Shown: piece after piece, positions 13,701 through 31,400 of the stretch | Position numbering within the stretch: position 1 is the stretch's first letter | Layout: each line of letters begins with the position of its first letter | From: Trichoplax adhaerens | Lineage: Eukaryota; Animalia; Placozoa | Direction: 5' to 3' | DNA: 64,000 bases | NCBI RefSeq assembly: GCF_000150275.1 | Contig: NW_002060951.1 | Coordinates: forward strand, 64,775-128,774 | Translations under genes and position numbers: made by a program | The notes under the pieces: generated by a model | What the model was told of the DNA's origin: nothing | What the model saw: the letters and a program-made list of their open reading frames with translations, nothing else | The model's database searches: none

Positions 13701-16074
13701 TACTTCGGAGAAATTGAAAGTTTCCTTCTTTACACGGTGATTTCATCTGCAGGACAGCCGCAGTTTTAAGAATAGTACCGCAGACATGCCAAGATATCCC
13801 ATATTCATGGCATGATCAATTTGGAATTGTAAATGACACCGATAGTCCTATCAGGTGTAATATTTCGCTTGAATGGTATGAGCCTAACTATTTTACTTTG
13901 CTTTAATATAATTTATATATAGTATTAACATCCAGAAGTAAATATGTCGTTATAAGATATGGAAAATTGTGAAACTGTTTATTATGACTTATTCGAATAT
14001 GTACGAGTGTGTGCGTATAGTTTGGATATTAATGGAAAATAAATTTCATACACATAATAGCGACAAAAGATACTGCATACTGTTTTTGGTATAGTATAAA
14101 GCTAACATTTTATGCGATACTGATTAGTTGATTACCTTGGTTAATTTAGGGCGAAAAGGCATGGAGTTCTATCCATAATACCCATGATGAAAGTAATTTT
14201 AATTAAATACAAATTATTGACTGTAGTATATATGATAGCATCAGAGAAAGCTGTTAATGTTCGATGTTATTGAATTATACTATCTAATTACTATTATAGC
14301 TAATAGGTCAACCTATTCATTTTTTTAATTCTAATACTAACATAGATCATTAAAAGCCGTTATCCGGAATATAACTGGATTGCATCTTTCTCCGCTGGAA
14401 CTTTATTCTACATGATGTCAATCAATTTTATTTGCAACGCATTGGTATTAGCGAATAACAGTTAGTTTTTTAGACTATGACCATCGATGGCCGAGGAACT
14501 ACAATTAATATAAATGCTATTTTTATAAGTCTTAGATATTATTAAGTCTTGTTGGTGTGATATCTATCGGTATGAAACATCGTAGGTGCAGTATTATTAG
14601 TTACCGATGCATATCTATATCTTATACAAATTTGACCATGAATGCCTTATAGCATGGTTAAGATTGTATTATATAATGTAATCATATATGTTGATTCCTA
14701 TTGTTTGTAGATAACATTGTAGATGTTTCTTTACTTACACAGTGTATGCACTATCAATTATACCGATATGTGAACTCATTCACTAAATATTTCTGCGTGA
14801 TTTGCGAAATTTAAGTATATTTTGTGATTGATTTCAATATAGTAACAGGTGTAATTACCTTTATGCAAAAATTGTTTAATCGTAAGAGACTTGAAGATGC
14901 TTCTCGTAAAGTTGATATCGTTAGTACAGAGTAAGTAGTTTACATGATGAGATACAAAATAAGCCGATAATTAAAATGCTTTTTTCCGTAATTTAGCTTC
15001 ATATTTAATTAATCATTTTATTACATTCAACGTTTTTCAAATAGCCTCTACACTATGATAGGGTATTTCTTGGTAATCGCAATCATATTCTTAATAGCTT
15101 TTTTCAATTCTAAGGTATTGTCTCGATTCATATCAAAACTAGTTTGTTTACCATGATTGTAACATTGACTACACTATGTATGCAAGTAGCGAATGTAAAA
15201 TATTATAAATAATTGAAGAATTACTAAAATTGAAGCCTTACTATAAACAACAAATCTATAAATATATTCATTTGTTAACTTCACGCTATGATAAATTAAA
15301 TAATACGAATGTTAGTGTTGATTAATTAGATCTGTTTTGCAGCTCTTTCATAACTACACTAATAAATTAAAAATTGTCTTCCACTAAAAAGTAGTTCCGA
15401 ATTTGATTTAAATAAACTTGAATATTCACTTCAAGATAGATATCAGAATAGAATAATATCGTAATTTTGTAATCATAATTAATACTCGTATTATGCAGAA
15501 CTATAATATTGAATAATCGATCATAATTTTTTAAGTTATGGTAATCAATCATATCGGTTCTTTAATGCCAGGCATTTATTGTAGTGTTAGCCTATGGAGC
15601 TACGTCAGGAAATAACATCATTGGTGGGATTGTCCTTCCAATAATGTTTGTTCGTTCGCATTTCAGCCAAGCAAGGTAATTTGAAGAAATGTTAGCCAAA
15701 ATATTTTTTAACTGAATCTATTTGCCTTAGCATATATTGATATATACCTATGACATCATGCAATATTAAAATAGCATAAGCTATATCAAGAGACTACGTA
15801 CAATTGCGGACAATATGATTGCATTACATTACACACTAGATTTAAATGTTATAAATAGACGTAGCTAACCGAGATTACATTTGATTGATTAAAAGACTCA
15901 AATTTGCATATTTACAGAGAGTTCTGATGATTAATATTAAATTATTTTATTTTACATTGCAGGCATTTGGAAATTCCTCTACCGTTACATCCTATCGGAT
16001 ACATCCTGTTTGCCATAGCTGCTATTTATCTAAACGTGCAGCTGGTTTATGCTATCATTAAATTGGCGAGTTAA
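10718..16074 (+). CDS. Multi-exon amino-acid-permease-fold transporter, paralogue 2 (first coding exon not identified)
   Basis: Exons homologous to paralogue 1: 10718-10759 (GFYLCLYISSSPG), from 11477 (ALPSVVDLSGLPPLIVSFCLNIVLQ), from 13753 (WTAAVLRIVPQTCQ), from 14346 (IIKSRYPEYNWIA), and a last exon 15963-16074 ending in TAA. Intron phases match where checked. Confidence 0.8.
10850..11400 (+). pseudogene. Possible GPCR relic in the enlarged intron 10760-11476 of transporter 2
   Basis: IYNFAISN (TM2 NLAxxD-like, ~10908-10931), ASCEV (TM3 Cys) and TISTRY (~11144-11161). Confidence 0.35.
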
Positions 16075-16329
16075 CTTTTAACATACTAATATACCAATGA
16101 GTAGCCAATTTTATCAGCTGAGTATATTTGGCAGACTTTTGCCTGCGTATACGCGTATGTGCATTTTCAAGATGTAGTCATCCTTGAATTACCTCATACA
16201 CTCGACAGTATATGTATGGATGTCTTAAATCGTAATAAAAATGATGAATACGTAGCTGTGCAAGTAAGTGTGCATAAAGGGCGCATCTTAGTCTACTACT
16301 AAAAGCACAAATTTACTGTTAATAGTCAA

Positions 16330-16800
16330 TATTAAGGTCTAAACTGCATCCATTTTGCAGTATGTATTTAGAACATGATCGGTGCCACTGAATTAGTAAT
16401 TCACTTGTAGAAATGGAGACCAACGTTATGAAGAAGTACCTAATAGCGTCATTAGGGAAGATGTTATTTATTGACCCGTGGCACCCCTTTCAAGTTTGTG
16501 GTATTGCATATTGCACACATACGAGCATACTACCAATCTGAAGTATAGGTTTAACAGAAAATGATTATAATACGGTTTCAAAGTGATTGATCAGTATGAT
16601 TGGGGACATTCTTCAAGTCATAGGCTTGCATTGTGCAAATAATGTTGTTACGAGAGGAGAATTATTAAGGAGGACGAAGAAGACTTATGCTTTGTTTAAG
16701 CTAAAAGTTTATATGTATATGTCACAAATCCCACTTGTGATTTGGTTATGTCAGGTGCTATAGTAATTTTGTATGTCTTCCACTAACTTGGAAATCTTCT
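16330..16800 (-). pseudogene. Decayed GPCR fragment (TM5-TM7)
   Basis: VFFVLLNNSPLVTTLF (TM5), SVKPILQIGSMLVCVQYAIP (TM6) and TNSVAPIMF*..QFR (TM7/H8), in order. Confidence 0.45.
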
Positions 16801-17550
16801 TCTAAGGGAAAACCAACTCTTTCCTCACAGTCACACAACTACTCAGGTTTCTTTCAAACCACTAGCACTTTTTATTTGGCCATCTGATTTCTAGTCTCTA
16901 CTAGTTTGTCCTAGCCCGGAGCGACTACTACTATTGTGCCAATCAACGAGCCTGAGCTCAGCACCAATATGAGTAATTAATTGTTGGAGTAGTGCGCTCC
17001 CATAAGCTAATCCTATATTAAACGATATTATATCTAGCTACATATAATTCAATCTTTGTTGATTGCTCCATTTATAATAATTGTAAACAACAAGTACTAG
17101 TGCCCCATGGTTGTCTACCGAAATGGTAAACAACCGGGTTAATTAATTATTATTGCCTAATTTACGGAGCTACACTTCGTAACAGTATAGTGTTCCTATT
17201 TTCCTTATTCAGAATCTATTCATGCAAGTTATGAGCTTAGATTAACTAGAAGGAGTCTTATCTTTTGCATTATATAATAAAGGAGTAATAAACATATCAT
17301 TTTTTATATTTTCATATCGAAATAATTTACCTTATTCAATATAAGGATACGAATACACTATACAATGGTTTACCTTCAACTCTTAACAAGTAAATCTAGA
17401 TACACTGCAACTTCTGCAATACCTTGTAAGACAGTGTAATATTGTATTCTAAGTTCATGATATATTTAGTCATGTCTACCGTAGCTATTGTGTTCAACGT
17501 GTGATAGATATTCCGTTGGAGGCTTAAGTATTCAGTATAGCTAGCTTAGT

Positions 17551-18356
17551 AACTGTATCCTTTTGAAGAGGAGTGCTATAGTGCTCACACTAGAGCTTCA
17601 CCAGAAAGGTGTAAACTATCCTGCATTTGAGATGGTAATACTGGAGTGTGTAATAATTTGCTAAGATTGTTCACGCGGAAAAGTATATAAGCGAGTAGTT
17701 TAGTGTAGTAAAATAGTTCATTCTCGTTGGAGGTCCTCCGTTGATCGATTCCATTGTATCTTTGTAAACGAGGTTTTGTTCAATAAATCTTAATTTTCTG
17801 AAGGTTTCAAGATTCTTGATCTATCAATCTCACATATCTATTTCATAATAAACCATAACATATAATTAATAAGTTATCTGCGATATCAAAGTTAGCGTTA
17901 ACACAGATTTATTACGGCCTACGTTGCCTAAATCATATTGGAGTTAAGTGGAGAAAGTATTGTTGCTCACAGTGTTTCAGTGATAACTGTATCCTTTTGA
18001 AGAGGAGTGCTATAGTGTTCACACTAGAGCTTCGCCAGAAAGGTGTAAACTATCCTGCATTTGAGATGGTAATACTGAAGTGTGTAGTAAGTAAGGTGCT
18101 AAGATCATTCTCGCGGAAAAGTATATAAGCGAGTAGTTTAGTATAGTAAAATAGTTCTTTCTCGTTGGAGGTCCTCCGTTGATCGATTCCATTGTATCTT
18201 TGTAAACGAGATTTTGTTCAATAAATCTTAAACCATAATATATAATTAATAAGTTATCTGCGATATATCATAGTTAACGTTAACACAGATTTATCACGGC
18301 CTACGTTGCCTAAATCATATTGGAGTTAAGTGGAGAAAGTATTGTTGCTCTCAGTG
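17551..18356. repeat. Tandem duplication unit A x2 (17551-17974, 17985-18356)
   Basis: Near-identical copies starting AACTGTATCCTTTTGAAGAGGAGTGCTATAGTG. The second copy lacks a segment of about 58 bp. Confidence 0.95.
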
Positions 18357-19159
18357 ATATTGTATAAAGCTGTTTTGCGGACTCGAGTACAGTGTGTCTA
18401 CTAATTGTGAGCCTTATAGAAGGGCGCTTCTTAGGCTTTATAGTTGTAATACTCTATTCGATCGATTAAAAGCTACGTAGTTCGTAATCTGTACAAGCAA
18501 CTCAAAGTAAGTGCTTTACGTTAGACTAGTAAACTTGTTAGGAAGGAGTCTAGAACACCAATACATAAAAAGGAAATATCCCATTTATAACCATATTACT
18601 ATATGCGATACATGGAAAGTATTTCTTCTTGAAAGTAGGTCGGCAAATGCAAATATCTAACCACCTACAAGTGTCAAGGAGGGGAAAGGAAAATTGCAGT
18701 ATGCAGAGCTAGATTATTTTCTGGTCATTCTACTATATTCTAGCACAGAAACCGTGATATGGTATAAAGCTGTTTTGTGGACTCGAGTACAGTGTGTCTA
18801 CTAATGATGAGCCTTTTAGAAGGGTCTTTATAGTTGTAATATTCTATTCTTATTCCATCTTTCGATAGATTAAAAGCTACTTAGTACGTAATCTGTACAA
18901 ACAACTCAAAGTAAGGGCAATACATTAGACGAGTAAACTTGTCAGGAAGGAGTCTAGGACAGCATTGCATAGAAGGAAATATCTTATTTATAACCATATT
19001 ACTATATGCGATCTATGGAAAGTATTTCTTCTCGAAAGTAGGTCGGCAAATGCAAATTTCTGACCACCTACAAGTGGCAAGGAGGAGAAAGGTAAAATTG
19101 CAGCATGCAGAGCCAAATTATTTTCTGGTCATTCTACTATACTCTACCACAGAAACCGT
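18354..19159. repeat. Tandem duplication unit B x2 (~400 bp; 18354-18755, 18754-19159)
   Basis: Copies start GTGATAT(T/G)GTATAAAGCTGTTTTG and end CACAGAAACCGT. Identity is high, with small indels. Confidence 0.95.
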
Positions 19160-19707
19160 ACACCATACTGTACAAAAGTAACGTAGCCATTGCTTTGGAT
19201 CCTTAGGATGGCCTTATGTAGGATAGTAGAGTGTACGATGGCAGGCATACCATACAGTTGAAATGACCAGCGAAACACTCGTCTTCATGGTGTTACTCCG
19301 ATCGTATGCCATAAAACTCCATACAGCCTTACTGGCTCTCTCTGGTCAGACTATATTATAGTCATTCATACGAGGTTACAACTTCTATTCCATACAGTGG
19401 ATAGAGCAGCGATCATGGACTCCGGATGGACTTCGTCACTTAGGTCAGAGGATATCGAGTTGTCCTTGGATACATTTTCCATTTCGTGCACAGTCGTTGG
19501 AAAGGCAGGCGTAATCTCTCCTAAAACTATTGCAATTGATTCGTATTGGCTTTATTAGAGGTAAGTTTAATGCTATTAAAGCAATATTAATGATAAATTG
19601 TTGGTTGTTAGCAGAGGATAAAGTGGATTTGGATTACAAATCAACGTGACTTCAAACTACTCTGCTGTATGATATGGCGTTCTTCTTGCAGGTTTTCTAG
19701 TCATAAA

Positions 19708-25098
<5,391 letters not shown>

Positions 25099-25199
25099 TT
25101 ATGATGATTAATGGAATCTAAAACATCTAAATATTATTATTTGAATATGGAGGGACAACATCAGGACAATATCTAATCTTCCCTGCAGTTTATTTTGTA

Positions 25200-25850
25200 T
25201 AATGACCACTTTAATTAAACCGGAGAATAAATTTACTACTATTAATGAATTCTTCCATGATAGGATTTGTGTACTTATATATAATGGGCAGAATTACAGG
25301 ATTGAAGCTGCTGATTATACAAATCGAAGTATGGTAGTTATGCGATACTGCAGAAGTGGTCACTTTGACAATTTTTCTTTTTATGTTACCGTAACTACAG
25401 TTAAATTATCATTGATCTCGGAGTAGCCCTCTAATAAACGTCATAGCTAGTCTCTTATGTTAAGCGATGCCGAGTAAGTTTTTCATTGTAATTATGATAT
25501 TTAATTTAATGTTAACGTCAATTACTGGTCTATTTACACTTGAAAGTAGATAATCGCTTGGGTATACTGTTGAGTACCTAATACGGATCTTCGCAATGTC
25601 AAATCATAATTACTAACTAACGCAACGAAAGCACTAATTCATGGCGTTTTCATTAACAGAGCCCTGTATTTTGTTTCTTAGGATAACGAAGATCAATTTT
25701 ATGCCTATTATCGCCGTATAAGTCAACTGTTTTTAGATGATTCAGAATTGCAAAGTTCGTAATTTTAATATATACTGTATATGCAAAGTAGATATATGAA
25801 GACGTAAAATATAATTTTATTACATTCACATAATGCAACGCTTAAAGATT
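25200..25850 (-). pseudogene. Possible GPCR relic between KRI1 and TRPM-A
   Basis: ORF 25653-25838 contains FAILNHLKTVDLY..RYP (TM3/DRY-like); downstream RITTILRFV*SAASIL*FCPLYI is TM6-like. Confidence 0.3.
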
Positions 25851-26100
25851 GTGTAGAAACTCTAGAACTTCAGAAATTTGTAGATAATTATCTATGATTT
25901 ATAGAAATTCTTAAAATTTTAAACATTACTAACTTACGGCAATTATCATATAAATATCAGGACAAGGTGTTTCTAGCTAGAATAGACATTGTATAGTATG
26001 CTTATCTTACTTTACTTGTAGGATATCAAATCAAGATGATTACGAGAAATGAATACTAATAATTAATTCAGTTTAGCTCATTCTTCGGAGTTGGATTACA

Positions 26101-28443
26101 TTACACCTCTTTATTAAAATAATGGATTTTAACAGTTTTGTAAGCTTCTTCAGCTTCCCACTGGATACCATCATAATATTGAGCATGATATTCTACGATA
26201 AAAAAAAGAAAATGGAAATTGATTAAAATGATTTTAGGATATCATATCTGTGCAATCATTCAATTTCAAACATACTTAGGTAGTCTGTATACTTTTCAGA
26301 ATCGTTCTTATACCATGGATAATATATTTGACCATTATAAAATGATCGGCAAATAAAAAGAACCAATCGTATCAGATTCATTGGAGGAGCAAGGGCAGAT
26401 CGAAAAATAAAGTCATGAACTAGTTCAGAGAATTGTTTTGCCCAGATGGCTTTTGTTTCAGATTCTAGCTGATCGTAACTTTTGCTATCATTAAGACGAA
26501 GAAAATATCAAAGAAAATAGATATTAGAGTAAAAAGCCAAAGTAAAGTTTATCCAAGGAACAATTCAATTTCAACTTACTTGAGAATAGCAATTAATAGG
26601 TTAAAGAGTAAAACTACGGCTATAAGAAGATAAATTACTAGTAAAATATTAGTAATAACTTCCACCGAGATACAATTATAATGAGAATAGCCATGAGAAA
26701 CGGATACTACTGCAGTATTATTAAGTTCGAGTGGACACACGATAATTTTCTCTGTTTATGAAAAATTAATAGAAACGTCATATTAAAGCTCGAAACAGAG
26801 ATAGGAAACTAATTGCAAATGTTACTACTGCAGCAATTTGTATCCAAATACTGATTCAAAACTGAAATCTAAGGTTTGCTACTATCATAATATTTAGCAA
26901 GTATTATTATGATGACTCATTTTAAGCTGTAGTTACTGTGCCATACCACTTTCATCGACCAAAGTCTCCCCAAATACCCGAAGATAAGGTACGACTAAGA
27001 TATTAGTCATGGCTTTACGGATAGATAGTTGATTTGGGTATAGGATAGCTTGTGTAGCAACACCGAAAGCGATCAGAAATACTAAGAGTAGGACCAAGAA
27101 CGACATCAAATCGCCACACTATATATATATAGCATATATATTATGAAGATAATTCTGCAGTCAATTCCTGATATGGTTGAGACACCTTCATCTGATAGAT
27201 TTAGTGCCGAAAAATTATTGTATAGAATACCAATTTTCGAATCATAATAAGTTTTGGCCCATGATTGATTGATGGCGAAATGAATTGGAGACATCTGATT
27301 ATAGAAATATAAAAATAAATTTGATAATATAGAAATAATTGTACGGCAATACGGTAATATATTATATTATATGATATAAAGATATCTATCAGTACAGCAC
27401 AGCCAGAGGATTGAGTTACATTACCTAAGACAAAATATTATAAAATCGACAGCATACAAGATTCTTCCCACTTCAATCGTGAATTCAATCATACGAAAGA
27501 CTAAAGCAAGATAAAATATGCAAATAGCACTGGTATTCATAATATTCCAGAAATTAGTTATCCAAAAAAAGAATTTCTCCATAAAATATCGACCATGCCA
27601 TCGAGTTATCTGGGTAGTTAACGATGTACAATTGTAAAGATAAGACACCAATGTTAATTTAGTTGTTAGCGACTGCATATTATATTACAGGTTGATATAT
27701 ACATGATACTTTTTTACGTATTAATCAATTCGTATTATAAATGAAACGAAGTTGAATACAACGGCCATTCGTATGCAGATATACGAGGTACAATGTTACC
27801 GAATGAACCATGATTATATAGTGCTAGTTAAAAGGATGATCCAATTAAATTTTTGCTATTATTAAGAGGCACACTTCTAAATACCTGTATAATTTCTTCT
27901 ATGGTCATAGAAAATACCCATGCAATTATTACTTGTTCTGCTAGCGTTGGTAGATCCCGAAATGATATTGTGATAAAAATGGCGTATGAAACTAAGAAGG
28001 CCAGGTAAAAGGTCTAATATGAATAGAACATCTTTCGTAGTTTAGCAAAAGTACGCATAGAATATTCTGTAACTCAATAGAAAAATTAAAATTTACCGCA
28101 TGAATGAAATATTTAAGACGTGGAGTCACATAATATTTTTCAAGCTGTTTCTTGCTGCTAAGGATATGCTTATGATGTTTTCCTCGTTTGCGTGACATAG
28201 TTGCCTCTTCTGCATCTCGATTCGATGGGTGGTTAGAATTTTTAAGACTTGAGGAATTTCTCCATAAGCTGGCCAAAGGAGACATGGTCGACATAAATAT
28301 CTGTAGAAACATAATGGCCACAAATATTATAGCTTTGCATGCTACAGTAAAGTTTCTCGATCTAGTTTCCAATAACTTACAGTTCGCTACTATGAAAATA
28401 AGTGAGCATAGGGTCACTTTAACATGCATAAATCATTTACCAG

Positions 28444-28479
<36 letters not shown>

Positions 28480-31400
28480 ATATATATATAATAAAAATAT
28501 AGCTACCAAATTTCCATCTAAAGTATGACATTGTGTCTATGTATTAAATTAGTACTTTTACTCGTAAAACGTGAAATTCTTTTAGCTTTAACTGCTTACA
28601 AAGTCATTATAAGAGCTAGAGTGAACAAAGCTAAATTAGCAGGTATCGGTATATTTTAATCAGAAATTTATAATTACACAGCGATAATATCTACAGATCT
28701 ATAATAGATATCACTCTTTAAATGGTTGTATCTAAATACTCGTTGAAGTTGTCTGAATTCCATATACTTTGGATTACAATCTGCCAAAGAATATATGATA
28801 ATTACTATGCATTGTTGGTAATATTAACTGTGGTCGTTGTACCTGTCGTACTTTCAGTTCCTCTCCTAAAACACCATTCCAAACTGATTTTAGGGCCCGA
28901 ATATAAGAATCTAAGCCAATAAAGTCGTCGAAATGAGGTAAAAGCATAATAATAGAAAAGCACGACATTTGCCCCCACTCAGGTGAATCTTTTAGTAAAT
29001 GATAACTGCAAGCCAAGTGATCTTCCTGCGACAAATCTTGGATCATCTCAAAGGCTGCAGACTTATACCATCTATGGAGGTGCAAAAAAGGAAAGGCGTG
29101 TTTATTCTCCTAAATTACCAATAAATGCCTCTAGATTTAAGCTCTTAAAACAGTATAGACTAAGTAATATCAAACTACTTCGATCTAAGAAGCTTCTTTA
29201 TACTATACTAGCCAGTCTTAACCCGGCGTAGTCGGTTTTTTTGCACAAACCCGCATATCACTAACCGAATATAGAAATTTCTATATGTAGACCATATACT
29301 AAATTGTACCAAATTTAAGTAATGTCAAGTAAAACACAGCTGAGCATGCACAAACAATATGGCAGCGATAGGAGACAGTGCTTCGCTATAGATTTTAGTA
29401 GTTTAGAGATTAAGATTATTTATATTTAAGTTCTTTCGCAGTTTTAAAGTTGCTAAGGACCATCTACACTGTATGCCGATTCCGGAGTTATGCATAATTC
29501 CTTCTCCCACTCTCCGTTTGGCCGTGATATTATTACAAAATAATCGCTTTTACCATATGTATATATATAGATTATATGCATATGAGCGCTAGTGAATGTT
29601 GAAAAAAATTTACCAGCAATGAAAGTGTAGCAAGGTTTATTGAAATAGATTTACTAACCTGGCATATTTTCCACATTTTTGTTTCATCACCGCGTGCTTT
29701 TCTACCTCTACCCTATAACTTAGTATTTTATATGCTACCAAGCCTGCTATAATAGGATGAGCTAGCTGTTTCCAAAAATGGTAACTTAATTCCAGATGAG
29801 ATGTCCATAATGACCACAGAAATAGCTCACGGATAGCAAAAATCGATTGACTAGTCCAATTTTCATATTCGTTAGAGTTTCTACTAGCGAATTTACGACA
29901 GCAACATGAATTTTTTTGCTTCCTTGTCTCCTCAGTTTCATTAAGATGATACGGATTTATATAGCCAAAGCCCATAATTGTTGAGATTTTCTGCCCAATA
30001 TCCGATAAATGAATTTCCTGATTGTTTGCATTATAATAGGTATAAAAAAAATGGAAGGTATGCATCATTTTCTTAAAACGAAATGGTATGTACTGATGTT
30101 TTTTTACCTTTATCCCTATTATTTCAATAATATTCGTATGATTCTAATTTTTCATATTGATTGAATGAATAGATAGAGATCGCCGAGAAATATACGCGCA
30201 AGAAAATAATTGCATAGATTGATTACGTCTTGGATAAATGCAGCCCTTATTTTCTGATACTGGTTAAAATGTAATTTTGACGTCATATATAGTCTATGGT
30301 AGATCAAACTCTGTACCATAGCACCTTATGAACTTGATTCATAAGTATGAAATATTACAAAATAGTTTCTAACCCATTTCAGGTTCTTTCAGCATTAGAA
30401 TCAAGTATGAATTTTTAACCAGTCACGAAGAATAGCTTACCCAATAGAGATCCTTTAGTTTGTTGACAGTTACAAAATGATAAATTTTGAAAGTACCCTT
30501 CTCCAATAAGAAATCAACAACTTGTAGCGTCTGCTTTGCACCATCAAATAAAACGGACAATATTGCTCCTTCTAATGCATCACGGTAAGATAGTTTTCCA
30601 GTGCGGACGAGGGCATAAATTACTGTTGCTAGGCCTTTCATGTAAGCACATCGAATCAAATAGTGGATTGAGAATTTTGGTAAGTCGGTATTACTAACCT
30701 TTAAAACAAATTAGTTACTGATCAGTTGCTGATCTAATATACTAGATTATTTTATGTCTGTAATATAACTTCTAAATTTATTAAATAAAGTCATATATGA
30801 ATAAAATACCATATTGCAAATGTCCAAGCTCAATGTTACTTCATCAATTTTGCCCCACAGGAATTGCATTTTATATCTTTGTGTTTGAGTTTTATAATCT
30901 TATAATGTAAATTCAATATCGCTGTTAAAATAAGGCGTCATTATAACTAATGTGGTAGTCATCCCTAAAAGCACGTATTTCTACATTCATTCTTTAGCAT
31001 TACCGGATTGGCGTTCCGTTTAAATTTATAAGTAAATAGCTATATAGGTCTCATATTTGATATACCATGAGAGTTATGAATCGTTATTTAATGGTAACTA
31101 AAAATTCTGGAGATTAGTATAAATTATAGAATCATATCGGCAATAACTTACTACAAAGCAATACTTGGTATATATCGTCTGAAAAATCTCGAATTTTAGT
31201 TATGCGAATAACATGAATCTAATTTATATCGGAAAAGAATTTGGAGATTGTTATATGAGTTAGTTGAAGATATAAAACCGAATGTAGCAGTATGAAACAA
31301 ATACTTACCAAATCCTTACGATCAATAGCATCAATTAAATATGTCTGATAAGCAGTTATATGATCCATATCGGATTGAACAGTGAACGAAAAGTAGCGGA

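Noticed and set aside
18939-19181. 80-aa ORF in repeat unit B
   Set aside because: The frame is disrupted in the other copy and has no recognisable domain.
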